A DNA stretch of 32,000 bases from Alkanindiges illinoisensis DSM 15370 (lineage in GTDB: Bacteria > Pseudomonadota > Gammaproteobacteria > Pseudomonadales > Moraxellaceae), in the NCBI RefSeq assembly GCF_000619845.1, contig NZ_JHUX01000003.1, positions 580,064 to 612,063 of the forward strand, given 5' to 3'. Positions 15,740 through 23,019 of the stretch are shown piece after piece. Position 1 is the stretch's first letter. Every line of letters starts with the position of its first letter. The notes beneath the pieces are model-generated. The model made no database searches and had not been told where the DNA came from. It saw only the letters and a list, made by a program, of their open reading frames with translations. The position numbers and the translations under genes were made by a program.

Positions 15740-16452
15740 TGAATAAAAAAGTAATAATTATAACTGCCCTGATTATTGGTCTGGCAGCTTTAATCGGTGG
15801 ATATCTTTATTTTATTTATACTCAGTCCTCACAGAAGGCAAATCATCAAGAAATACTCCATACGGATGACACTGGTAGTCAGGCTGTACGTGAAACAGTC
15901 CCACAGCAAAGTGAAAATACTACACCTGATGAGTCTACAGTAAGCGAAGATTGGCAAGCCGTTCATACCGAAGAAAGCTTTATGAATACTGGTATTGCCT
16001 ACTTAAATCATAATGAGATTTTTCGCGGATTAATGTTCGGGGATTTAGAGAAAAATGCCCAAATTAAGGGAGTAGGCTTTGTTAATCAGATTTTTAAGCA
16101 AGATGGATATGATGTTGCCCTAATCAACTTGTTAAAAGACTCTGATAAAGACAAATGCAGTATTTCTTTTAATGGCTTGTCAGATAATTATGCTTTGATT
16201 GCCTTTCAGCACTCCCCTAGGGTTTTAGAAGGTGATGTAATCGCCTTTAAGGGAATGGCCGACAATATAAAGTTCTCATATAAAAATGCATCAAACATTT
16301 CAAAAGAAGTGCCGGTTATTTATGTGGCTTATTACAAGGGTGGGGCTAACCTACCAGGCCTTGAACTTGAGTTTTATACGTGTGGAACCATGTTTGGCAA
16401 GCCAGCCTCTCAAGAAGATGTAAGCCGTTTTTTAGAGAAAAATAAGTTATAA
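15739..16452 (+). CDS. Membrane-anchored hypothetical protein
   Basis: TAATG-coupled. N-terminal anchor KKVIIITALIIGLAALIGGYLYFIY, followed by a polar linker and a globular domain. Confidence 0.65.
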   Translation: MNKKVIIITALIIGLAALIGGYLYFIYTQSSQKANHQEILHTDDTGSQAVRETVPQQSENTTPDESTVSEDWQAVHTEESFMNTGIAYLNHNEIFRGLMFGDLEKNAQIKGVGFVNQIFKQDGYDVALINLLKDSDKDKCSISFNGLSDNYALIAFQHSPRVLEGDVIAFKGMADNIKFSYKNASNISKEVPVIYVAYYKGGANLPGLELEFYTCGTMFGKPASQEDVSRFLEKNKL

Positions 16453-16461
16453 CTAAACAAT

Positions 16462-16481
16462 TGGAACCTACCAGATTTAGC
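16462..16481 (+). promoter_or_regulatory. Conserved intergenic motif, copy 2 (TGGAACCTACCAGATTTAGC)
   Basis: Starts 10 nt after the stop at 16452 and 72 nt before ATG 16534. Full-consensus copy. Confidence 0.4.
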
Positions 16482-16533
16482 CAGACCTTAGATTGATACC
16501 GTGTTTGCTCAAATTTTGATTGAGTGATGCAAT

Positions 16534-17352
16534 ATGAGTTTAAATGATCTGGTTTTCTGGTTGGGCTTCATTATTGGTATTGCCCTTGTATTAATTTGCA
16601 CAGGGATTTTGCGCTATCTCAAGCCAAGTCGTACTTATGATAAACCGCCTTTTGTGCTTGAAACTTTCCCTATGCCTTCATACAGTCCATTAGAAGCACT
16701 ACGCGAAGATATCCGTAAATTGCATGGGAAATTTGATGAATTATTTAAGCCTTATGTGACCGGTTGTGAAAAATATAAACCAGGCTTAGAAGAGCTTTCT
16801 AGGAAGTGGGCAAAGCCGGAAGTTAAACCCAGTATTGTCCCTCAGACTGATTTAAAAACATCACTGGCCAAGGCTGGTTTAGATAAGCTAACACCCGTAG
16901 CAAAAACGAAAATTGCGGATCTGGATGGTGAAACCATTTATGAGGATGCAGACGGCCGCCGGGTATTGTCCCCAACTTCTGTTGAGATCAGTGGCGAGAA
17001 ATACAAGCTTTTAGCAGGCCGTACCTATATGGTTGATGTTAATGAGCTGCGTACCATTGATATTGAATTCCAGGCTGGCAACCCGGCAGTTAATGGGGTA
17101 AATGGCCTAACCAATGAATTGCTGCTGGCCATTCTTATTGATCGTACGAAGGTGCTGGATAGTGAGCAGCCTTGTGATGAAAACAAGCTGGCCTTGGATT
17201 ATATGCAGTCTGCGCTTGAGTGTTTTCAGGAACGTATAAAGGTCCAGAAACATAAGCCTATTGATAATAGCGATTTGAACGAGTTGCTTGAGCAGGCAAT
17301 AGACTTATGTAAATCTAATGATGAGATGAAAAAAGAATCAAATCAACATTGA
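16534..17352 (+). CDS. Type II membrane-anchored hypothetical protein (i-spanin-like topology only)
   Basis: N-terminal TM LVFWLGFIIGIALVLICTGIL, followed by a 240-aa largely helical, charged domain. Confidence 0.65.
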   Translation: MSLNDLVFWLGFIIGIALVLICTGILRYLKPSRTYDKPPFVLETFPMPSYSPLEALREDIRKLHGKFDELFKPYVTGCEKYKPGLEELSRKWAKPEVKPSIVPQTDLKTSLAKAGLDKLTPVAKTKIADLDGETIYEDADGRRVLSPTSVEISGEKYKLLAGRTYMVDVNELRTIDIEFQAGNPAVNGVNGLTNELLLAILIDRTKVLDSEQPCDENKLALDYMQSALECFQERIKVQKHKPIDNSDLNELLEQAIDLCKSNDEMKKESNQH

Positions 17353-17353
17353 T

Positions 17354-17373
17354 TGGAACCAGCCTCATTGATG
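17354..17373 (+). promoter_or_regulatory. Conserved intergenic motif, copy 3 (TGGAACCAGCCTCATTGATG)
   Basis: Begins 2 nt after the stop at 17352. Its first 16 nt are identical to copy 8 (30117), upstream of the capsid gene. Confidence 0.4.
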
Positions 17374-17394
17374 CCAATTTGAGCTAAGTACATT

Positions 17395-17424
17395 AGGGAC
17401 TCTTTCATAGAGTCCTTTTTATTT
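17395..17424 (+). terminator. Rho-independent terminator-like hairpin
   Basis: GGACTCT-TTCAT-AGAGTCC (7-bp stem, extendable by 2 bp), followed by TTTTTATTT. Confidence 0.6.
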
Positions 17425-17436
17425 AGGTCAAAGATT

Positions 17437-17814
17437 ATGCGTAAATTACGAATTGGTTTAATTGGTCTTATGGTTGGTTTGGCAATTACTGCATGCAGTG
17501 ATAATAACTATCACCCTACTTATAATGAAACACCAGCAACGGCACAGGCTCAACAAGGTGGCATTAATAACAATGATGTACTGGTTGCTGGTGCCGGGGC
17601 AGTAGCCGGTTATATGCTCGCCAATCGCAACAATCAGGCAAACCAGTATCACGCTCAGGATTATGGCGGTCGCTCATATCCGGCAGTCCACAAAACGGTA
17701 GTAGTGAATAAAGTGGTGAACGTATACCACAAGCCTAAACGCGCCAGTTATTTCAAGCGTTCATATTCCAGCTCACGTTCCTATAGCACCTCGCGTTCAT
17801 CCCGACGACGATAA
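17437..17814 (+). CDS. Lipoprotein with glycine-zipper segment and Ser/Arg-rich basic tail
   Basis: Lipobox LAITAC in MRKLRIGLIGLMVGLAITAC/SDNN. Glycine zipper VLVAGAGAVAGYMLA. C-terminus SYSSSRSYSTSRSSRRR. Flanked by its own upstream motif and a downstream terminator. Confidence 0.7.
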   Translation: MRKLRIGLIGLMVGLAITACSDNNYHPTYNETPATAQAQQGGINNNDVLVAGAGAVAGYMLANRNNQANQYHAQDYGGRSYPAVHKTVVVNKVVNVYHKPKRASYFKRSYSSSRSYSTSRSSRRR

Positions 17815-17817
17815 CAC

Positions 17818-17837
17818 TGGAACACGCCAGCTTTTCA
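17818..17837 (+). promoter_or_regulatory. Conserved intergenic motif, copy 4, degenerate (TGGAACACGCCAGCTTTTCA)
   Basis: Begins 4 nt after the stop at 17814. Keeps TGGAAC..GCC...TTT. Confidence 0.3.
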
Positions 17838-17858
17838 ATAAAGTATGGTCAGTAAATT

Positions 17859-17885
17859 AAGGGTTCATTGAAGGACCCTTTTTTT
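17859..17885 (+). terminator. Rho-independent terminator-like hairpin
   Basis: AAGGGTTC-ATTGAA-GGACCCTT (8-bp stem with one G-U pair) running into a T7 tract. Confidence 0.65.
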
Positions 17886-17899
17886 ATTGGACTAAAATC

Positions 17900-18046
17900 A
17901 TGCTTAAGCATTCTGTACGTCGTTCATTCCTGCAACGAGCCTTTATTGCCTTGATCAGCGTGATTGATAGGATGCAGGAAAAATTAACAACACCTACGAT
18001 AACCAAGCCACTGGAACCGCCCAGATTTAGCATAAATCCTGAGTGA
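17900..18046 (+). CDS. Possible 48-aa small ORF (below the track cutoff)
   Basis: Hand translation: MLKHSVRRSFLQRAFIALISVIDRMQEKLTTPTITKPLEPPRFSINPE*. It has no clear SD, and its 3' end contains motif copy 5, so it may not be a real gene. Confidence 0.2.
   Translation: MLKHSVRRSFLQRAFIALISVIDRMQEKLTTPTITKPLEPPRFSINPE
18012..18031 (+). promoter_or_regulatory. Conserved intergenic motif, copy 5 (TGGAACCGCCCAGATTTAGC)
   Basis: Full-consensus copy 71 nt before ATG 18083. Confidence 0.4.
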
Positions 18047-18052
18047 CACAAT

Positions 18053-18082
18053 AAGCCCTAATGAGATATTGGGGCTTTTTTT
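18053..18082 (+). terminator. Strong hairpin plus T7 tract ending exactly at the start codon of gene 18083
   Basis: AAGCCCTAAT-GAGAT-ATTGGGGCTT (10-bp stem with one G-U pair), then TTTTTTT (18076-18082) and ATG at 18083. The only SD-like GGGG lies in the 3' arm. Confidence 0.55.
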
Positions 18083-19009
18083 ATGACAACGCCAAAACCA
18101 AGGGGCAGAAAGACCAAGCCGATTACTTATAACTTGCATGACCGGGGCTGGAAACACAACGGCCCTGACCGTAGCAACGTCGATATGCAGTCCATGATTC
18201 GCTTGATCAATAGTTCCGGTGTGCAGGAACTGGTTGATGAAGGCAAATTATGGGGCTACTGCGGTCATAACATTCGCCAGCGCTATGGCATGCGGCCACC
18301 TGAAGCCATTGTCATTGAAGGCAAGATGGTTTACTTGGCACCTGCGTTTAAAACCATTGAAATTAAAGCGCATGCAAATGGTGACGTTACCCATCGTGCT
18401 GAGTTTACGACCAATGAAGCGGGTGAGTGGGCGCGTGAGCAATATCTGGCTCAGGTTGGTGGGTTTAGTACAGCGGTTAATTTTAAGCAATTTACCATGC
18501 CGAAACAGGTATCTGGTTTTTTTGGCTTTGATTATGTGCTGCAACCAAATTACACGACTAATGTTGGTGATGGCCAGCTTTATGACGGCCTGTTTTTGCC
18601 TGAGGATGTGTCAGCTGATAGTGGGGTTGCCTGTTTTGATAGTCTGACCAATGTTGAGCAGCTTGACCCGGCTAATGCTCAAATTGCCCGGATGCTAGAA
18701 CAGCAAATCTTAAGTGACATGCAGAACATCAATGCGCAATTGGGTTTGTTGCAGCATGCAGAACGTGCATATGACCATATTGAAGCCATGGCACAGCAGG
18801 AAGCGCGACGTGAACAGCGTGAGAACTTGCAGGCCCAGCGGCAGGCCGAACTGTACACGGGTATGGTTGGTGAGATTCGCTCATTTGATTCAGTGTGTGC
18901 AGAGGCAGATGAGTTGCTACAGCGCGCTATTAATCCTTATGACACCCGCACACGAACTGAACCGGCGAAGAAAAAACCCCGGCTGTTTTCATTTGGTATG
19001 CGCTCATGA
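18083..19009 (+). CDS. Hypothetical structural/morphogenesis protein (basic N-terminus, C-terminal coiled coil; scaffold-like)
   Basis: 308-aa ORF. N-terminal PKPRGRKTKP. C-terminal Q/E/R-rich coiled coil (...MAQQEARREQRENLQAQRQAELY...). Located upstream of the terminase block. Function unassigned. Confidence 0.6.
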   Translation: MTTPKPRGRKTKPITYNLHDRGWKHNGPDRSNVDMQSMIRLINSSGVQELVDEGKLWGYCGHNIRQRYGMRPPEAIVIEGKMVYLAPAFKTIEIKAHANGDVTHRAEFTTNEAGEWAREQYLAQVGGFSTAVNFKQFTMPKQVSGFFGFDYVLQPNYTTNVGDGQLYDGLFLPEDVSADSGVACFDSLTNVEQLDPANAQIARMLEQQILSDMQNINAQLGLLQHAERAYDHIEAMAQQEARREQRENLQAQRQAELYTGMVGEIRSFDSVCAEADELLQRAINPYDTRTRTEPAKKKPRLFSFGMRS

Positions 19010-19815
19010 GTGCCGCCATTGCTGATCCGCTCAAGGCCATTCAGGATGCCTGGTATAAAACGCTGATTGATTTTCGGGCGTGGTACATGCCTGAAACCCA
19101 GCAAACGGCAGAATGGAAACAACGGGTACTGGGGCATGCCATTAAATCCTGCCCGGGCCGCATGATGGATGATGCCGAGGCCATGCTTGCCGAATACCGC
19201 AAAGCCCAGAATGCAGCGGTGGCTGGCGGTGCGACTGCGTTTATGCCGGTCATGTTGACGGCTACAGCCATTGTTGACCAGCCGCCCAACGTCAGCCAAC
19301 TGCCCAATGTGCCCTATTTTGTGGATGTCATTATTTCGGGCAAGCCTGCAAAAATGCGGCTCATTCCCAAGACAGTTCGCGCACAAATCGCGTTCTTTGC
19401 TACCAATCCTCACGATGCCCGTTCTATCTGTGATCAGGTGTGTGCCTACGTTACAGATGACATCAAACGTCGTATCGCCGTGCAGTTTGATTTTGGCGAC
19501 GGGATTAAGCGGCCTAGTCCATTCACCGTACTTGAAAATGAGCTTTTCCCTACGCCTGTACCCAGTGAAGCCATCAACCTGTCTATATTCACTGTTGACG
19601 CGCAGCTGGTGGGTTATGTACCTCAGGTACTGGGCCTTGGCGGGCAGTTTGATAACACGGTGGGCAATGGATACAACCCTGACGGTTCGCCAATAGATAA
19701 GCCGCCGGTTAATGATTCAGTGGTTGTACAGGCCGATGCCTTTGACGTTGGCCATACCCGCGTGTTGGCGGATCCTGAAACTGGTATTGTGACCGTGGAG
19801 CAGCTTGATGATTAA
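19006..19815 (+). CDS. Hypothetical protein
   Basis: ATGA-coupled 269-aa ORF. No motif recognised. Confidence 0.6.
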   Translation: MSAAIADPLKAIQDAWYKTLIDFRAWYMPETQQTAEWKQRVLGHAIKSCPGRMMDDAEAMLAEYRKAQNAAVAGGATAFMPVMLTATAIVDQPPNVSQLPNVPYFVDVIISGKPAKMRLIPKTVRAQIAFFATNPHDARSICDQVCAYVTDDIKRRIAVQFDFGDGIKRPSPFTVLENELFPTPVPSEAINLSIFTVDAQLVGYVPQVLGLGGQFDNTVGNGYNPDGSPIDKPPVNDSVVVQADAFDVGHTRVLADPETGIVTVEQLDD

Positions 19816-20350
19816 GGTGACTCCCAATGAAATTAATCCGGCTGATGAGATTGTACGCATTGATAGCCGCGTCATGGGCTTTAACGGTGAACCTGTCCGT
19901 ATTCTGGCTGTTTGTTTTAAAGACACTGGGGAAATGCGGATTGAGAAAAAAGAAATTTACACCAATCTGCCGGTACCTGCGGAATTAAAGGCCAATACCA
20001 TTGTCGTGACGGACGCCATCCACCAGGTGCAAAACTGGGATATGCCGTTTAATCCTGAAAAAGACCTGGCTTCGGTTATCACGGTGTACCAGCAACGATT
20101 CCGGGCCGGCCTGATTGATATTGAAAAATCCCTCAACCGCTATAACCCGAAAACCGTGCTGCAGGTGCGTAAGGTTGATGAAAAGGGCTTAAAACAGGAA
20201 TTTGACAGCAGCAGCTTAAACAATGGTCACGTTGCGGTATTGCTCTGCGTGTGGGCCAGCCAGCGTGTTGCGATCAGCCATAGTATTACACATGCACAGG
20301 GGATAGATGCCAAAGCCATAGATACCTCGATGTTGCCTTTTAGCATCTAG
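19808..20350 (+). CDS. Hypothetical protein (small-terminase position only)
   Basis: 180-aa ORF immediately upstream of terL. The first ATG is at 19808 (track TTG at 19805). No recognisable HTH, so a TerS role is inferred from position alone. Confidence 0.55.
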   Translation: MIKVTPNEINPADEIVRIDSRVMGFNGEPVRILAVCFKDTGEMRIEKKEIYTNLPVPAELKANTIVVTDAIHQVQNWDMPFNPEKDLASVITVYQQRFRAGLIDIEKSLNRYNPKTVLQVRKVDEKGLKQEFDSSSLNNGHVAVLLCVWASQRVAISHSITHAQGIDAKAIDTSMLPFSI

Positions 20351-20358
20351 GGGGCAGC

Positions 20359-22350
20359 ATGGCGTTAAAACCCCTAAAAGACATACCTGAATGGTGGGAG
20401 CTGTGTGTACGCTACCGCTATGACATTTATGCTTTCGCGGTTGAGGCGCTGGGCATTACGCCCACATGGCAACAAGAACTACTATTTGAATCTGTCCAGT
20501 TTGATGGTAGCCGTACATCGGTTGCGTCAGGTCACGGCTGTTTTGGTAAAGGCACCAAAATCCGGCTGTTTAACGGCAAATGGAAGCGCGTTGAAAAAAT
20601 AACAATAGATGATCAGATCATGGGTAGCGATGGGATATCGCCCCGTGAGATCACCCATGTTGTGCGCGGCCAGCAGGAACTGTACCGCTTTAATTATGCC
20701 AATGGCGTCAGTCACGTTTATAACCGGTCACATATTTTGTGCCTGGTGTCGCTAGAAACAAAGAACGGCTGGAAAGCTGGCGACAAAATGGAAGTGCTAG
20801 TGTCCAAATGGCTCACATGGCCGGAAGATACCAAGCGCCAGTTTGCGGCCTACCAACTCAAGCATAAAAAATATCAGCCTGTTGCCATCACCAGTGCCAC
20901 GGCCTTAGGCGTAGGGGATTACTACGGCTTCGTGCTGGACGGTGACGCCACGTTTCTAGGCGCTGATGGCATGCTGCTACACAACACCGGTAAAACCGCC
21001 AGTGCGGGCATTGTGGCGCTCTGGCACCTACTGTTCTTTGATGAATCCATCATGATGTTTACTGCCCCGCAAATCGGGCAGCTGAAAAAACAAGTCTGGA
21101 AAGAAATCAGTATCAACCTGAGCCGCCTTAAAAGCGGCCCTTTGGCATGGCTGGCAGAATATGTCGGCTATCAGACTGAAATGGTCTACGTTAAAGGCTA
21201 TAAGGAAAAATGGCACGTCTTTGCCAAAACCGCACCGAAGCACCAGCCAACCAACTTGGCGGGGAACCATGGCGATAACTACATGGTGTGGGGTGATGAG
21301 GCCAGCGGTATTCCAGATGAAGTCTGGGACGTGGTACTGGGTGCATTAACGCATGCCGACAACCGGGCGGTGATGACATCACAGCCGACCCGTAACGCTG
21401 GCATGTTCTATGAAACACACCATGGCTTAAGTCACCGCTCAGACGGTATATGGATGGCGCTGACCTTTAATGGTGAAGAGTCGCCGCTTGTATCTGAGCA
21501 ATCCCTTGAAGAGCAGCGCCAGAAATACGGCAGCCGTGATGATGCCCAGTACAAAATTCGTGTGCTCGGTGAATTTCCTGATTTAGCCGATGAATTTTTG
21601 ATTACCAAGCGTATGTCAGAAGATATGTACGTTGGTAGCTCAATTTTTGAAGAGATTCACCAGTTTGGCTATGTGATTACCGTAGACGTCGGCGGCGGCG
21701 TGGGTCGGGATGATTCGGTTATTTGTGTGGGCAAGGTCTGGGGTGAAGATCAGTGGGGCGAGCGGGCAAGGCGGGTTGAAGTTGAAAAAATCCCGCTGTG
21801 TAAAAACAAGGACAATATTACTGAACTGTTTGGCATTATTAGTGAGCTGCTGGAAAATTATTCCAATGCTTTACTTGTGGTCGATGATAACGGCGCAGGT
21901 AAGGGTCTTGGCCAGTTGTTGCAACAGCATGGCATCTATTATTTGCCTGTGTATTGGGGCGGTGGCTGCTTTAACGAGGATAACCGCAAAGAGTATTACA
22001 ACAAGCGGGCGCTGGCCTATGTGTGCCTAAAACGTGCCATTGAGCATGGCCGATTCAAGATTAAAACCAACAAGTACAAAGTAAAGCTGCAAAACCAGAT
22101 TATTAAAATTCCCTATGGCTTTGATGAGCATTCACGCTACAAGCTGCTGGGTAAGGATGAAATGAAGCGTAAGGGTATCAAGTCGCCGGATATGGGCGAC
22201 GCGCTGGCGTTTTTCTTTCTTGAGAATGTGCATTACACCGAAGCGTACGAGAAAGCCGCGCTGGATGTGGATACACCAGAAGGACAGGAACAGGCCGCTA
22301 AAGCATCACGTTTTGAGCGATTAAGGCAGGCCGCACAAGAGCAATTATAA
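20359..22350 (+). CDS. terL: Terminase large subunit, interrupted by a mini-intein in the Walker A loop
   Basis: The exteins read ...SVASGHG/TGKTASAGIVALW..., which restores the Walker A GHGTGKT. Walker B is YMVWGDEASGI. The C-terminal part is nuclease-like (VITVDVGGGVGRDDSV...). Confidence 0.9.
   Translation: MALKPLKDIPEWWELCVRYRYDIYAFAVEALGITPTWQQELLFESVQFDGSRTSVASGHGCFGKGTKIRLFNGKWKRVEKITIDDQIMGSDGISPREITHVVRGQQELYRFNYANGVSHVYNRSHILCLVSLETKNGWKAGDKMEVLVSKWLTWPEDTKRQFAAYQLKHKKYQPVAITSATALGVGDYYGFVLDGDATFLGADGMLLHNTGKTASAGIVALWHLLFFDESIMMFTAPQIGQLKKQVWKEISINLSRLKSGPLAWLAEYVGYQTEMVYVKGYKEKWHVFAKTAPKHQPTNLAGNHGDNYMVWGDEASGIPDEVWDVVLGALTHADNRAVMTSQPTRNAGMFYETHHGLSHRSDGIWMALTFNGEESPLVSEQSLEEQRQKYGSRDDAQYKIRVLGEFPDLADEFLITKRMSEDMYVGSSIFEEIHQFGYVITVDVGGGVGRDDSVICVGKVWGEDQWGERARRVEVEKIPLCKNKDNITELFGIISELLENYSNALLVVDDNGAGKGLGQLLQQHGIYYLPVYWGGGCFNEDNRKEYYNKRALAYVCLKRAIEHGRFKIKTNKYKVKLQNQIIKIPYGFDEHSRYKLLGKDEMKRKGIKSPDMGDALAFFFLENVHYTEAYEKAALDVDTPEGQEQAAKASRFERLRQAAQEQL
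20539..20985 (+). mobile_element. 149-aa mini-intein (Hint domain, no homing-endonuclease domain) inside terL
   Basis: Starts at Cys61 (TGT 20539-20541) with block A CFGKGTKIRLFNG. Ends ...DYYGFVLDGDATFLGADGMLLHN (blocks F/G, Asn209 = 20983-20985), followed by Thr as the +1 nucleophile. Confidence 0.85.
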
Positions 22351-22386
22351 AAATATCCAATATGTAATTATAAATTTTAACATTAA

Positions 22387-22415
22387 TTTACAATCAATCA
22401 GATTTTAAGGTAAAT
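22387..22415 (+). promoter_or_regulatory. Candidate sigma70-type promoter for the TIR/Macro island
   Basis: TTTACA (22387-22392), 17-nt spacer, GTAAAT (22410-22415), in the AT-rich gap after the terL stop. Confidence 0.35.
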
Positions 22416-22432
22416 TGGTCTATAAATCTTTA

Positions 22433-23008
22433 ATGGACATAAGTATGGAATATGGACTGAGAACCCACAACTATTGTGCGTTTTATGTGGCTGAACCTTT
22501 TAACCCTTGCGCGTTAGGGGCATTCGCTACACATGATTTCTGTCATTATCAGATGTTAAAAGCATGGAAAGGAAAGGATACCACTTTCCCCTTCAGCGAT
22601 GCTCATGCTGCAACATATAGTGTGCGAGATAGTAGTGATTGGGAATCTACGCTCAAGCCTAGACTACGAAACAGACTACGCTTATCTAAAAATATTATCT
22701 TATTTTTGAGTGACTTTACTGGTAATTCAAGAGCTTTAAGAGAAGAGATTGACTATGGAATAAATACTCTAGGTCTACCCGTTATCATAATTTATCCTGA
22801 ATTTGATAATATTGATAAAATTGTTGATAAGAATAATACTTTTAGATTAGCTGTGAAAAACTTATGGGCAAAATTACCAATTCTTAGAGATTCAATGCAT
22901 AAAGTACCAACATTACATTTACCTATGAAGAAAGAAACTATTAAAGATGGATTAAGTAATAGAATGTTTATGATTAACTCTAAAGGCTCACCTGCAAAAT
23001 ATATTTAA
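22433..23008 (+). CDS. thsB: TIR-like (DUF1863/ThsB-like) protein
   Basis: ...YCAFYVAEPFNP...FPFSDAHAATYSVRDSSDWESTLKPRLRNRLRLSKNIILFLSDFTGNSRALREEIDYGINTLGLPVIIIYPEF... follows the ThsB/DUF1863 pattern (beta-strand start, RD.S.WE..LK, SK..I.L.S..T..S....EI with a conserved Glu, then ..PVI). The track ORF starts at TTG 22415; ATGs at 22433 and 22445 are alternative starts. Very AT-rich. Confidence 0.6.
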   Translation: MDISMEYGLRTHNYCAFYVAEPFNPCALGAFATHDFCHYQMLKAWKGKDTTFPFSDAHAATYSVRDSSDWESTLKPRLRNRLRLSKNIILFLSDFTGNSRALREEIDYGINTLGLPVIIIYPEFDNIDKIVDKNNTFRLAVKNLWAKLPILRDSMHKVPTLHLPMKKETIKDGLSNRMFMINSKGSPAKYI

Positions 23009-23019
23009 GAAGTTCACTT

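Noticed and set aside
16462-16481. Reading the TGGAACC... motif as a sigma54 (-24 TGGCAC / -12 TTGC) promoter
   Set aside because: The GG-to-GC spacing is about 5 nt too long: TGGAACC-N2-CC-N3-TTTAGC puts GC at position 19-20, whereas sigma54 needs it at 14-15, and sigma54 tolerates almost no spacing change. An ECF-type reading (-35 GGAAC) also fails, because no shared -10 (TCTGA or CGTC) appears 16-17 nt downstream.
16534-17814. Calling 16534 and 17437 an i-spanin/o-spanin pair
   Set aside because: Only the topology fits. The lipoprotein is about 125 aa, has a glycine zipper and is not Pro-rich, and a terminator plus a motif separate the two genes. The idea is kept as a hypothesis in the findings but not as an annotation.
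18012-18031. Reading the motif as a conserved peptide (xTG GAA CCN ... TTT AGC = L-E-P-x-x-F-S), since the variable positions fall on codon third bases
   Set aside because: Most copies have no upstream start codon in that frame, and several hit stop codons within 2-10 codons (for example 23876 MEPA*, 29690 LEPAA*, 17354 LEPASLMPI*). A DNA- or RNA-level element is far more likely.
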